Assembly (NCBI RefSeq): GCF_009914755.1
Contig: NC_060934.1
Strand: one strand, 5' to 3'
Origin: the human T2T-CHM13v2.0 reference genome, Homo sapiens
DNA: 64,000 nt
Shown: positions 1 to 31,125 of the stretch, one piece after another
Numbering within the stretch: position 1 is the stretch's first letter
Layout: every line of letters begins with the position of its first letter
The notes under the pieces: model-generated
Told to the model about the DNA's origin: nothing
Database searches by the model: none
What the model saw: only the letters and a program-made list of their open reading frames with translations
Program-made: the position numbers and the translations under genes

Positions 1-274
1 TTGCTGACTTTAGTCAAAGGCCTATTTCTCTGTAAGCATATTTTAAAAGTAAAGTTAATGAAAACAAACAAATGTATTTAGTATATCAATTTTAAATTTG
101 GTTCAGAAGATTGACTCCCATCACAGCTAGTTGCCTTCTTCCATAACACCAACATAGCAATTGATATTTATCGAGCCCTTACTATGTTCCATTTATCAGC
201 TAATCTAATCTTCACAACAACCCTATGACATCACACAACTGCTAAGATTGATTCCACTCCTTGCAACTAACTCA

Positions 275-427
<153 letters not shown>

Positions 428-839
428 TTAGCAATTAATTCAATGCACCTTAGGTTACCCCAAACAGATTACTTCAAAAATATCTTAAGAAACTTTTTTA
501 AGTTGAAGTATTTGATCAGATTGTGAGATTTTAGAAGGAGTCATGAACAATGTAACAGTGTCCAGCACCATTATAGTGCATATATTTAGTAATAGGAGTC
601 AGTGAATGGATAAAACTAAAAATGATGAAAGAAATGTCAGAATAAATGAGTCAACTAATGCTCTTTCATTCATACAGTCAATCTTCATGAGAATGACAGG
701 ATTCTGCAAACTAGATCTTCAGAAAATCTTGGTCTATGATCACTTTGGGAGTCTCATAATCTGCAGAAAGCTGCAAAGCCAACAGACAGACCAAGACAAA
801 AAATCTATTTATTAGGGACAGCAGTAGGCCCAAGCTTTG

Positions 840-1620
<781 letters not shown>

Positions 1621-2674
1621 GCAGCTTAACCTATCTACTGCGATAACTCTCATGCCTGTTGGGATTTTTGCTGTTTTACTATTCTAGATTTGAAAGTGGG
1701 AAGAAGAATTTACCAGCGATACCACGGGCAACCTTTCCTCTAATGCTTGAACGGCCACTATTAGCATAATAGAAACATCTTTTGGAATCTGGGAGACATT
1801 TTTCTTAGACCTGGGACTTTGTGTAACCTTCCTGAACCTCAATTTCTCCATCTGGGAAATGGAAACAATAACGTATACCTTTCAAACTTGTAAAGATTAA
1901 AGACAGTTGATTCATCAGAAAATTCCAAATTACTCTTCAATAAGTTCTATGTCAGAACGCATTCCGTATGTTCTAAGGAATATAAAGATGAACAACAAGA
2001 GAAGGATTGGTGCCATTGCCGTTGTTTTTTTCCCCCTCCTGACATTGTACTGGAAGTTCTCAATGAAACAACAAAGGCAATGGTAATACTGAACTATTAA
2101 AAAACAAATAATTAAGTTACGCTGACTTGCAGATAAATTATTACCTGGAAAACTAAGAAACCGAATAAGTATCAGAACCAATAAGAAAATTGACAATGGT
2201 AGCCAATTATAATGGAAACATTTAAAAATCAGAATATTTACTTCATGTCCACATCATGAAAAAAATTACCATGTATCAAATGGGTGACGAATTAATACTA
2301 GATATATCTAATAAAAGAACTAGAAGAAAATGTAGACGGGCATATATGACTAAGAAGACATTTTTAAGCATAAAAATGAAAGATGGAATTGAACAGAAAA
2401 TACATAATCATTTACAACTTGTGTGTTACAAAATACACAAAACAAAATACAAATAGTAAATTTCTGAAAGGTGTATGAAAGATTAAAGTTAATATTATTT
2501 AAAAACATTATTCAAAGTCTTAAAGACACAAATGACAAAAGCCAAAAGGAAAATGTGTATATATTGGATAGAGTTCTTGAATAAAAAGAAATACGTAAGT
2601 CCAATAAGCATGTGTTTAATTTTTTATATTCAAATACAAATTAAAATGAGGTACTATTTTTCATTTGTTGAGTT

Positions 2675-2892
2675 TTTTGTTTTTTCTTTCTTGAGACAGG
2701 GTCTTGTGTCACTCAGGCAAGAGTGCAGTGGCACGATCAGGGCTCACTGCAGCCTTGACCTCTTAGGCTCAAGCTATTCTCCTGCCTCAGCCACCTGAGT
2801 AGCTGGGACTACAGGTGCCCACCGCCACGTGTGGCTCATTTTGTGGGTGTGTATACTTTATGTAGAGATAAGGTTTTGCCATGTTCCCCGGG
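2675..2892 (-). mobile_element. Partial Alu (AluJ-like)
   Basis: GAGACAGGGTCTTG...CACTGCAGCCTTGACCTC...GTAGCTGGGACTACAGG after a T-rich tail. Confidence 0.85.
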
Positions 2893-3703
2893 TTAGGAAT
2901 TACTTTTGTAAATGTAAAAATGTCTTTTTTTCAGGGATACAGCAAAATACACAATGGTATATTACTGATGGAAGTGTACTAGACAAATTTGTCATAATAC
3001 AGTCTGATACTATGTCAAAAGCCTTAAAAATATGCCATTTAAAGCAGACATTTATCTTGGGGAAATAGTGTACAATTATACATTGAAGTTTATGATTTTT
3101 CTGAAATTAAAAGTTCAGATTTCTCTGAAATTAAAAGCTTAATGTGATTCACAGCCATAGCCCTAAAATCTCAAAATCGTCAATCTGGAAAGTACATTTG
3201 CAGTAATCTATTTCAACTGTCCTCTGCCACCATTTTATACACGTTAATACAGACACTAAGTTCAAGTGAGTTTGCCCAAGGTTACCTATCATCTCAACGG
3301 TGAAGCAAGGGCAGGCCTTCATGGTCTTCTGAGTCTGCTCTCCTGCTCTTTTCCATCCTTTCCAGCTTCCTCATTTCTATTAATAATTTGATCATCATGG
3401 ACAATGAGACTTGAAACTTCATAATTATCTTCTATAGCTTCTTTTTTCTCATCCTTGATACCTATCAGCCCTCAGGTCTTTTTGACCGTTTCTCCATTGT
3501 CTCTTGAATCATCCAGTCACATCAGATTGTACAACAGAAAAGTTGCTCAAATTCCATTTCCACCAGCAATGGTAGAAAACAGTGAACAGAATATGGTAAG
3601 GTCGGAACTTTCTCTTCACTGCACTCTGCCCACTGTGAACGTTTAACATTTCAAAGAGTAATTGCCAAAAAACGAATTCACTACTTGAGTTCAAGCCATT
3701 AGG

Positions 3704-3807
3704 TTTTTTTTTTTAAGCCAGTCAAATTTAGCAGTGGAGGGTTGTGTATCAACTTTAGTGACACTAATGTTAATAAATTCTGATAACCCACTATCATCAC
3801 ACCAGTT
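3704..3807 (-). pseudogene. Y4 RNA (RNY4-like) retropseudogene with poly(A) tail
   Basis: Reverse complement CTGGTGTGATGATAGTGGGTTATCAGAATTTATTAACATTAGTGTCACTAAAGTTG...CCACTGCTAAATTTGACTGGCTT + A11 matches hY4; imperfect TSD TTCAAGCCATTAG (3690-3702) / TTCAGGCCATCAG (3806-3818). Confidence 0.92.
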
Positions 3808-5339
3808 CAGGCCATCAGTTCTTACTGGGATTATTACCGTAGCTTTCTAACTAGTCTTCCTACTTCCCAGTTCTGCACCCAGCTTCTAGATGTCATTACT
3901 ATCCTCAAAAACTTTCTGTAGCTCTCAGTTTCATACAGAATTAAGTTCCATTCATTCATTTGGCATAAAAATGTTCAATAATATATTCTCATCCTACAGT
4001 TATCACTTACATTTGTGTCTTCATTTGTTCTGTGCTTTCGCTAAACTGAATATCTTTCTTTTCCTTGAACACATCCTCAGATTTTCCACTTATCTATGGC
4101 AGAAGAAAACCTTTACTTACGCTGTTCTCTGTGTATACAGCATCGTTTTTGCTTGCATCTCCTGCAGTTGTGAATCCGCATTTATCTTTGTCTTTTTTCT
4201 TTCTCCCTATGATCATACGCTCTTTCAAAAACAGTTATCCAGAATTTTGGATTGCTATGGTCATCGAATGGAAATAGCCATAGTGGTTTGCAATTTCTCA
4301 TTACGCCCCAACCTCCATGGGTTACATCTGATTTCACAGTTAATAGCATAATGGGTCCTTGGTTGACTACTTGGCAGTAGTGCAGCTTTCTGGAAAGGTA
4401 AGAATGACTAGATGACCTAGAATGACTAGATCACCTAGGATTGCAAGATAGGTGAGACAGCCCCCATGTCTAATATTTATTTTTTCCTAATCACCTTGAC
4501 CTTTTCCCTTGACTTTTTTCCTATTCTTGATCTTTTCAAGGCTGACTCCTTGAATGACTTCATTCAAATCAGCTTAAAAGCCACCTAAAAGAGGTCTTCT
4601 CTAACCACTTGACCTAAAATAGCCACCCAGTGACTCCCTAGTCCATTAAATGATGGAAAAATGAATGCTTTATTTTCTTCATCTCAATCCCTTTTAGAAG
4701 TAATCTCACTTTTTTACCTGTTTACTTATTTATTATTTATTGTTTATCCTACTAGAATTTAAGCACCAAGAGGGTAGAAATTTTGTCATGTTCAACGCAG
4801 TTTCCCTGGCAACTAGAATCAAAGTTAGAATTCTCAGAGACTATGAGGGTTCACTATCTGTTTGCTGGAAGATATACAAGACTTTTGAGGATAATACTTA
4901 AATGAAGATAGACCGGATGGTAATTCAGTTGGATAATGATCAGTGACGTTGAACTTCTTTTCATGTGTTCATTGGCCGTGTAAATGTCTTCTTTTGAGAC
5001 CTAACAATACTTTTAAGACTGTTGCTTCTATATTTGAACTCCTTTAAGTCATTATAGACTGCATAGTCACTACTTGTTGCTGTTATTACAATAACTGCCA
5101 GACAGAAAAATAAATCTACTTCAGACTTTTAAGGAAGTTTCATATCTTAATACTTTTAATTGCTTTTTAATGGACACTAGCGGGAAACTATCACTAACAA
5201 CCTCTGTAGTGGTTTTCTCATTTTCGTCAAGATGTGAATGTATTTGGATTAACGTATGGGAAAGGGGCTTGAAAAAAATAGGAAGCTGAATTTAATATTG
5301 CCTTGAGCTAAATGTTCTCTTTTTATTTTTTCTTTTTAG

Positions 5340-5466
5340 TATAATATGCTTTTTCTTAGCTTTCCTATGACTCTACTTAGCAACTTTTGCTAAAAGAAAC
5401 ACAATATATGACTGACTACTTTGAAGACACATATATTGGACACTTAAAATCAACAAAAGCAGAGAG
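5340..5466 (+). other. LIPJ: Candidate non-coding 5' exon of LIPJ
   Basis: Long polypyrimidine tract with tttAG at 5338-5339 and donor GAG|GTATGA after 5466; another donor ATG|GTAATT after 4919 could close an upstream exon. Inferred from splice signals only. Confidence 0.5.
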
Positions 5467-5979
5467 GTATGATATAATACTTTTCATTGTTGTGTGTTGT
5501 ACCTAGAGTCAAACTAATCATTTTAATGGCAGAAGCTAAAGAAACATAATTCTCAAGTCATCTTTTAGGAAATTATATTGTAGTTGTGGATTAATGTTAT
5601 TAATATTACAGATATTTGATATCTTCATATTTTGTTTAAGTACTTTTGCTAAATGGGTGATAGCTTTTAAAAATCATTATTTAAAATTCTGGCAACCTCC
5701 AGTTTTAGTGCTGTGGTACAAAACTACACTTTTTACTCACTTTCATCTTTGGCTGCCTTATGAAAGTTTGCCTCTTAGCAGAGCAAACACCAGTGATTTG
5801 CTCCATGGAATAGTATCTCACCAGGCAACCAGCATGGATGGAAAATTATGGCAAGTAACTCAAATTGAAGTAATAATGATTACCTGCTCCATTAGGTACA
5901 AGGTTTACAGGCCAAGGTAATATTTTAATCTAGTAGTAGTGATTACTTCTATGATATCTTGCATGAACTTAATAAATAG

Positions 5980-6895
5980 CAAACGATTTTATCCAAATTA
6001 TTATTTCAACATGTATTAGAAAAATTATTGATGAGATATTTTACATTATCTTTTTTTGTAAACCTTCAAAATCCAGAGTTTATTTTACATGTATAAAAGA
6101 TCTTAATTCTGGAGCTAAATTTGTATTAGACACACTTGAGGTGTTTTTAGAGTTCATAAAATTTACACCTACAAGAGTAGTTTCACATACCTAAATTGTT
6201 TGAAACATATTTAAAAGTTTCAGTAACTGAATTGACTATAAATAAACAATTTTCTCTTATATTTGCATCTACTATGACAAAATTATTTATCTTTTTTAGA
6301 AAAATTGATTAGACTTTGAAGTAAAAACATATCAACTTAAAAACTCTATCTCTCCAAGTTAAGTATATTTAAATAGCTCATGTCAACTTAAAATTATTAA
6401 TATCAAATTCAAGTTTGAGTTGCAAAGCAACTCTAAATTTATTAATATCAACTATTTTTCTTGTAGTTTTGTAGCCAATTTATATAAATGCTGTTGTTTA
6501 GAATTAAAATCTGCATATTGATTCATGTTAGAAAAATGTGTAAATCATTATTATTGAATTGCATTATGGAAAGTTTTCATTTCAACATAAAGTCTAGTAG
6601 CAGTTTATTAAGGTAATAAATGAGCTTTTCCATTCAGCATGATATGGATGAAAAAACACGTCATCCTGCCATTTTCTTGTTTTCAGTTATGGGATATTTG
6701 ACAAGTATTGCTTTTGTTTCAAGACAGTCTTGAATTTGGATTAACAATACAGAAAATCTTATAAAAATTTAAAGTTGTGTTTAACAGAAAAATATTTTAC
6801 ACTGCTTTAGCTTTCATATTAAAATTAATTTAACTAAAATAAAATATTCAGTTTCTCACTGGCCACATTTCAAGTGCTCAATGGCCACATTCTAG
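5980..6895. mobile_element. hAT-Charlie DNA transposon relic (MER33/Charlie5-like)
   Basis: MER33-like ends: ...GAGATATTTTACATT...TTCAAAATCCAG and CACTGGCCACATTTCAAGTGCTCAATGGCCACAT; boundaries approximate. Confidence 0.55.
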
Positions 6896-8761
6896 ACTTT
6901 AGTGAACTTTTTCACTAGTTGCTTTGTATGGTTGATGAGTCACTGCAAATAATAAGGTTAATTTCATTCAGTTTAAACATTTCCCATTGGTGGTTATTAG
7001 GAGTACCACAACTATATATCAAAGGCTTATCCCTCTGTGTTTTCTTTGTATAAAAATATTAAAATTTGGGTAAATATTTGAGGCTATAAATTGGGCAGTC
7101 AAAACCTACATGCCTGGAACAGTCCAGATTATGCCTATTTTCCCAAGAAAATTATTAATAGAATTTTATTTTAAAAGGTATCTTGTTTCAGATGATAGTC
7201 TATACATTCCTTCTAGATATAATGCAAAGCATCTTAAAACCTCAGCTAGGAAGCAAGCAGTGTGTAGTAAGCTACAATATCAGTTAATACATTGTACAGA
7301 CAGAGAAAATATTTCTTCCCAAGCTATTTCCATGTACTTATCTGAGACAGCCCATGAGGAGAGAGAACTGAGTAGACTTGCTGCCTGCTGAGCACTTTTC
7401 CAAGAATACAACCAAAGAGGAATATCTAAATGTGATTCCAAATGTTATAAAGTTTTTCCATGTGCAGTTAAATTAGCAGCTCTTGCTCTTCTCTTTGGTA
7501 GAAGATATTGATAATGCTGTTTTAAACTTTGCTGTTGCCTTCAATGAAAACCACAGATATTATACCAAATATAAATACCTGGACCAAAGGAAAGAAGTGC
7601 AGCTTCTGTAAATTAAAGTTTTCAGTTAGAAAGTGTTTTTTTAAAAATGAATGCACTTTAAAACTTTCAGATTTACATAATTTTTTTCAAGCGGTCAGTG
7701 CACAGGAAACTGGACTAATAAATATGTAAGAAAGACATATCAAGTATGTGCATGTAAATTATCTCCCTAAATTGCTTGTAATTTGTTCTCTTGCATAAGG
7801 AGGATTGTTACATATTAATGTCAGCTCTATGACAGATATTACACTAATACATCATATTACATTGATCAGATTTAAGTTTTATAACAATCCTGAGAAGTAG
7901 GTATTAGTTGCATTTTGTAGGCAGGGAAACTGATGATCACAGAGGTTAAGTAATCTGCTTTAAGTCACCTAGCTAATGAGTGGTGGAGCTAGGGGTTTTA
8001 TAATCCTTGAATCATGTCCTTCTGAGTATAGTGGTTGGCTTATTATACAAGGCTCATAAGATTAGTAAGTCATGCTTTTGGGGGGAGAATCTGGATGGCA
8101 GCCTCTGTGGGTACCTGGTTTATTGTTTTAAGAAAAAACTTAAGAGTTCTGCCTTCCTAGAATTTAGGAGACTCAAAAATCACCTATCTGTAAAAAAAGT
8201 AAAATGAGTTGCTGAATGAAAGTTATCCAAGCTTCCAAATCTCCCCGTTCTTTCCCCTCCCCGCTAAAAAAACAATTAAATATATGTTAAATAAATGTTA
8301 GGCTGGTAATAATACTATTACAGCATTAATTCACACATCAATTAATTTGTAATACATGATAAAGCTCTCAGAATTGGACTGTGCAATACTACAATGGAGA
8401 CTTCTAAGAGGGAATTTATCTACAAAATAGGGTAGCCAGAAAAGCATGGACTTTGAAATTAAGCAGTTCTGAATCTGAATTCTGACTGCCAGTTATACAT
8501 TTTATGGTTTTAGCCAAGTTATTTAATTCTTCAAAGCCTCTGTTTTCTTACCTGAAAACAGTAATATTTCCTACCTCATAGAATTATTGGCTGCAGTTTT
8601 ATAAATGGTATTATTTGCTGCAATTTTAACTGTATAAACATCTCCCTTTTATATATAGGTCCCAAACGTGGTATCTTTTCACAATGATGTATTTTATCCG
8701 AATTCTTGGAATTACTCATGGTGTCTTTCAAAATTAAAGATCTGTGAAACCTGAAGCAGAT

Positions 8762-24976
<16,215 letters not shown>

Positions 24977-25125
24977 AGAACCATGGCGCTGTGTGTTTAA
25001 AGATCTACATCATTCCTAATGAAATCCAATTCTTATTTTTTTTTACCTGTGTATGTTCTTTCATTTTTAAAACTAAATATGTAGTTTTTTCCTCTATATT
25101 CTCATTGACCTTAGGCCCTCCAGTC

Positions 25126-25131
25126 ATTAAA
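25126..25131 (+). terminator. Candidate LIPJ polyadenylation signal ATTAAA
   Basis: First canonical-type hexamer, about 150 nt after the stop codon. Confidence 0.35.
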
Positions 25132-26814
25132 TCAGTGTCATTCATCATCTCAGGGGAAATGGCAGATTATAAATCAATCTAAGAAGCCTGTTGAGTTTCA
25201 AAATAGAATTTACATAACATATCAAAAACAATAATCTTTAACATTTCAATTGCAGGAGATAACTTTTTAAGAAAGTTTTTTTCAAAAGTACATGGAATTA
25301 CATATATTATAAAAATAGAGTTTTGAGAAATACTTGATATGAAAGTTAATGTTCCTCTATGCTAAATGAAGAGTAAAAACACTTTTCAAGTTTTATAAAG
25401 GAGTTTGGGGAGAAAAGAAAAAGAAGGAGAGCCTGGATGCCAATGTAATATTGCTTGCCTTGTGATTATTTCAGGCAAAGTCCCAGATGTAGGGAGATCA
25501 TAGAAACCGTAGAGGGGCTGTGCCTCACTTCCCAGAGTGTATAGCTTGAGAAGAGGGAAGTTGCCTTTCCAGCCTATTGTGTGTTAAGAGCAGCAATGGT
25601 TGAGTTATATTCCTAGGTAACTAGATCTGAGGCTGGACTCATAAAACATTATGCACTGTCGCTTGGTGCATATAAGATCCAAGAATTTCTTATACATGAG
25701 ATGTGTAGATATATTCAAGAGAGTACTAGAAGATGGAAAGAGGACTAAGATTTGGAATGAAAGGATACTGTCAATAAATGCAACACATATAATAGGAAGC
25801 ACGGAATGTGGCAAGACAATGGGCATCACCAGGAGATGTACACTAAACTCTCTCTCAAAATTGCATGCAGACTTCCTGTTTCCAGTTTATCACATAAGAA
25901 GATTGAAAGTCACCACTCAGTCCAAACAACAAATAAAAGTTCAGTAGACTGAAAAATCAATAATTCCTCTTGTCAATCTTTTTGACACTTAACATATTTT
26001 TGTAAGTTTTATTTTCAAGAGCTTGATCAGGTTCTCACAGTAAATATTGGAGAAAAATTCTCTTGTGCTCTAGCAGACAGAGAAAAATAGAAACCGTTTT
26101 GAAACAGGTGACAACACTCTGCTCTTAACAAGGCCTGTCCTCAGAAGAAACTAGTTAACCATAGCCTAACCTGCAGGGTTTTATCAAAGCCTAATGAACC
26201 TGAAGGAAAGATCATACTCAACTCCTGCCTACTCTAGCTATCTCCTCAAAGTGGAACTGAGAAGCACTTCTGAAGTTCACAGTCCAGAGGCACAGGCTCA
26301 CTAAAAGACTGAGACCTAACAACGGGACTATAGAACGCTTCGCCTCTCTCACATCTCACCACTATGTTACCACCTACTCTGGTGGAGGATGTTGTTAACG
26401 AGGGAGGCTATGAATGTGCAGGGCCAGGAAATATATGGGAAATCTTTGTACCTTCCTCACAGTTTTGCTGTGAACCTCAAATTAGTCTAAAAAATAATTC
26501 CTTAAAAAAATTGCATGCAAGGATATATGCCACAGGGGAAGATAAACTTTTCTTCATTCCATTTCCTGAATACTGCATAACTTCCGGGGACATTTGTAGT
26601 CCCCAGGGAGACCAAGATGCTAAGAAGAAAGTCTAGAATTGAGTGTGAATTTACCACATAAAGACTAACAAAAACGATCCATAATTTGCTGCATTGGAGA
26701 ATTAAGTTTTCTGCATTAAGCAAAACAGGAGTTGAAAGGCAAGTTCAGCTAGTTTTGAGGTTGATAAATTTGTAGTTAACACATACTTATGGACATCTGA
26801 AATTATTATACAAA

Positions 26815-27248
26815 TGAGGCAGGAAAATAGGGTCCAAAGGCAGGGATCCTAAGGACTTCCTAGAACTAAATCAAATGGAAAAAAAACTCCAACTCTATAG
26901 AGCAAGAAAATAACTTTGTAACTCCACTTCAGCTATGTCAGGAAACATCCTCTTTATTTGCATAGGGTGTACAACAAGTAAATATCTTTGTAACTTCACT
27001 TCATCCTCTCCAATTACACAGGGCTTACACCAAGCAACCAGTGGGAAACCTCTAGAGGATATTTAAATCCCAGAAAATTATGTAACCAGGGTTTTGAGCC
27101 GCTTGTTCAGGCCTGCTCCCCCCTGTGGAGTATACTTTTGTTTTCAATAAATCTCTGCTTTTGCTGCTTCATTCTTTCCGTTCTTTGTGCATTTTGTCCA
27201 ATTCTTTGTTCAAAATGCCAAGAACCTGGACCCCCTCCACCAGTAACA
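26815..27248 (+). mobile_element. ERV1 solo LTR (MER51-like)
   Basis: TG...CA ends (TGAGGCAGGAAAATAGGGTC ... GCCAAGAACCTGGAC...GTAACA), internal AATAAA, perfect 4-bp TSD CAAA (26811-26814 / 27249-27252). Confidence 0.88.
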
Positions 27249-27673
27249 CAAATATAAATTAAACATACAGATAGAGAAATAAAATATGTGTATAGGTTAT
27301 TATGAATGCTGCTAGGGAAGGTAAATAATAACTTGCAAAATTATAGTTGAGGCTATGAAGAAGTCCTTGTTTTCTTTGGTAAACCTTGGCACTAAAATAG
27401 TACTGAGAATAGATACATCTTTAGAGATATCTTTTTAAAGAGCTCCGGAATGTTAATATGACTTAAACATTACTTCAGTGGTTTCAAATGATCCTTCAAA
27501 GAAGGCAAATATAATGGGATAATAATTCAGAAGTATTACTCATGTTGATATTTAAAGAATAAATTGGAAGTCTCTGATAATGGTGGACTAAATAACTTAG
27601 ATCTGGAAAAAGCATAAAAAGTATCTGATTGCAGACAATGGAAAGCTAAAAACACAATGAAGAATTTCAGTCA

Positions 27674-28038
<365 letters not shown>

Positions 28039-28379
28039 CTACTTATTGGGGAAGTATGGCTAAAAGCCCCCCAATTAATGGAGAATAGAAATTGGAATTC
28101 AGTCCACCAACAGGAAGTTTCCTCTGATAAGCCTCAATCCTCAGCCTTTGGGTTGTAACCCCAGAGTACTGTACCCCAAGAATAAGGTTAAAATGAAAAT
28201 TGATCACTTATTTAGGAGCTGTAGTCCAGCTTTGAATCATAATGATTACTAATGTACTAAAGTGATCTAGAAATACTAATACCCTAGCTGTCAAAAGCAA
28301 AAGTAAATCCTCTCTGGCAGAAAGTTAAATTATCCAAGGTGCTAGAAATAATGATATAATTTTGGCATGCCACAGAATA

Positions 28380-29050
28380 GGTCAATATAAATTATATTTT
28401 TATGTACTAGCGTCATCAATTGCAAAATGAAATTGAAAATATTATGCCATTTTCAATATTATGAAAATATTTAAATACTTAAAAATACAGATAAATACGT
28501 TCACATTGGCAGATGCAATATTATTAAGATATCCACTCTTCCCAAATTTATTCAAATATTCATAGCAATTCTAATCAAAATCCCCTGGGCTCTTTTTTTC
28601 TTACCCTAGAAATTGTTATATTAATTCTAAAATTTTTATAAAATTACAATTGCCAAAACAATTTTAAAAAATTTTATAGAATTTACACTACCTAATTGCA
28701 AGACTTACCACAAACCTGCATTAACTAAGACAGTGCGGTATTAGCATAAAAAGATGTCTACATCCATGGAGCAGTACAGAGTTTGGAACTAGACCACACC
28801 TATGTAGTCAGTTGATCTTTAACAAAGATGCTTAAGTAATTCCACAGAGTGAAGGATTGTTTTCAGAAATGGACAGCATAATTTTAAAAAAGACGAACTT
28901 TAACCTCTACATTACATCAGATATAAAATTTAATTTGAAATTAGTCATAGAATTAAGTCTAAAATCTTAAACTATAAAACTTCTAGAAGAAAACAGAGGA
29001 GAAAGTCTTTCTAACTTCAGGCTAGGCAAACATATCTTAGAAGAGACGCA
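28380..29050 (+). mobile_element. Old L1M ORF2 fragment
   Basis: Degenerate L1 ORF2 phrases (CTTCCCAAATTTATT, AAGACAGTGCGGTATTAGC, AAAACTTCTAGAAGAAAAC). Confidence 0.7.
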
Positions 29051-29054
29051 GAAA

Positions 29055-31125
29055 AACCGAAGATCCTCACAGAACCCACTTCACTCCCCTGCTACCTCCA
29101 CCAGAGCAGTGCTGGTATCCACAGCTGCAAGACCTGAAGATGGATCACATCACAGTTCTCTTTGCAGACACTCCCCAGTACCAGCCTAGAGCCCAGTACC
29201 TCCACTGGATGGCTAGACCCAGAAGAGCAAAAACGATCATTACAGTTTGGCTCTCAGGAAGCCCCATTCCCAGGGGAAGAAGGAGAACACCACACCAAGG
29301 GAGCACCCCATGGGACAAAGTAATCTGAACAGCTACCCTTGAATCCCAGATATTCCCTGTGACATAGTCTACCTAAATGAGAGGGAACCAGAAAAACAAT
29401 TCTGGTAATATGACAAAAAAAGTTACTTTAACACCCCAAAAGATCATACCAGCTCACCAGCAATGGATCCAAACCAAGACAAAATCTCTGAATTGCTAGA
29501 AAAAGAATTCAGAAAGTTGATTATTAAGCTAATTAAGGAGGAACCAGAGAAAGGTGAAGTCCAACTTCAAGAAATCAAAAACATGATGTAGAATAAGAAA
29601 GGAAAATTCTTAGTGAAATAGAGAGCATAAGCAAAAAACAATCACCACTTCTGGAAATCAAGGACACACTTAGAGAAATGCAAAATGTACTGGAAAGCCT
29701 CAGGAATAGAATCGAACAGGCAGAAGAAAGAACTTCAGAGCTTGAAAACAAGGCTTTTGAATTAACCCCATCCATACAAGACAAAGAAAAAAGAATTTTA
29801 AAAAATGAACAAAGCCTCCAAGAAGTTTGGGACTATGTTAAACATCCAAACCTAAGAATAATTGGTGTCCCTGAGGAAGAAGAGAAATCTAAAAGTTTGG
29901 AAAACATATTTGGGGGAATAATCAAGGAAAACTTATTCAGCCTTGCTAGAGATCTAGACATCCAAATACAAGAAGGTCAAAGAACAACTGGGAAATTAAT
30001 TGCAAAAAGATCATTGCCTAGGCACATAGTCATCAGGTTATCTAAAGTCAAGACAAAGGAAAGAATCTTAAGAGCTGTGAGGTAAAAGCATCACATAACC
30101 TATTAAGGAAAACCTATCAGATTAACAGCAGGTGTCTCGGCAGAAACCCTACAAGCTAGAAAGGATTGGAGACCTATTTTTAGCCTCCTTACACAAAACA
30201 ATTATCACCTAAGAATTTTGTATCCAGCAAAACTAAGCTTCATAAATGAAGGAAAGATACAGTCTTTTCCAGACAAATGCTGAGAGAATCTGTCACTACC
30301 AAACCAGCACTACAAGAACTGCTAAAAGGAGCTCTAAATCTTGAAACAAATCCTTTGAATACACCAAAATAGAACCTCCTTAAAGCATAAATCTCACAGG
30401 ACCTGTATAATAATAACACAATGAATAAAAAACAAGGTATTCATTTACATTCATAACATTGAATGTAAATGGCCTGAATGCTCCACTTAAAAGATACAGA
30501 ATGGCAGAATGGGTAAGAACTCACCAACCAAATTTCTCCTGTCTTCAGGGGACTCACCTAACATAACACATAAGATCTCACAGAAACTCAAGGTAAAGCA
30601 GTGGAAAAAGATATTCCATGCAAATGGACACCAAAAGCTAGCAGGAGTAGGATTTTTATGTCAGACAAAACAAACTTTAAAGCAACAGCAGTTAAAAAAG
30701 ACAAAGAGAGACATTATATAATGATAAAAGGCCCATTCCAACAGGAAAATATCACAATTCTAAATATATACGCACCTTACACTGGAGATCCCAAATTTAT
30801 GAAACAATTACGACTAGACCTAAGAAATGAGAGAGATGGCAACACAATAATAATGGGGAACTTTAATACTCAACTGACAGCACTAGATAGGTCATCAAGA
30901 CAGAAAATCAACAAAGAAACAATGGACCTAAACTATACCCTATGACAAACGTATTTAACAGATATTTACAGAATATTCTACCCAACAACTGAAGAATATA
31001 CACTGTATTCATCAGCACATGGAACATTCTTCAAGATAGACCATATGATAGGCCACAAAACAAGTCTCAGTAAATGTAAGAAAACTGAAATTATATCAAG
31101 TACTCTCTCAGACCACAGTGGAATA
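29055..31125 (+). mobile_element. L1PB-like fragment: part of 5'UTR, ORF1 and ORF2 endonuclease; 3'-truncated
   Basis: ORF1-like QSLQEVWDYVKHPNLRIIGVPEEEEK...PRHIVIRLSK; EN-like KKDKERHYIMIKG...NIYAP; multiple stops. Confidence 0.9.

Noticed and set aside
3100-4440. Short 16-22 bp local duplications (e.g. ~3100, ~4401; also ~16405 and ~43296)
   Set aside because: Ordinary slippage events with no sign of function.
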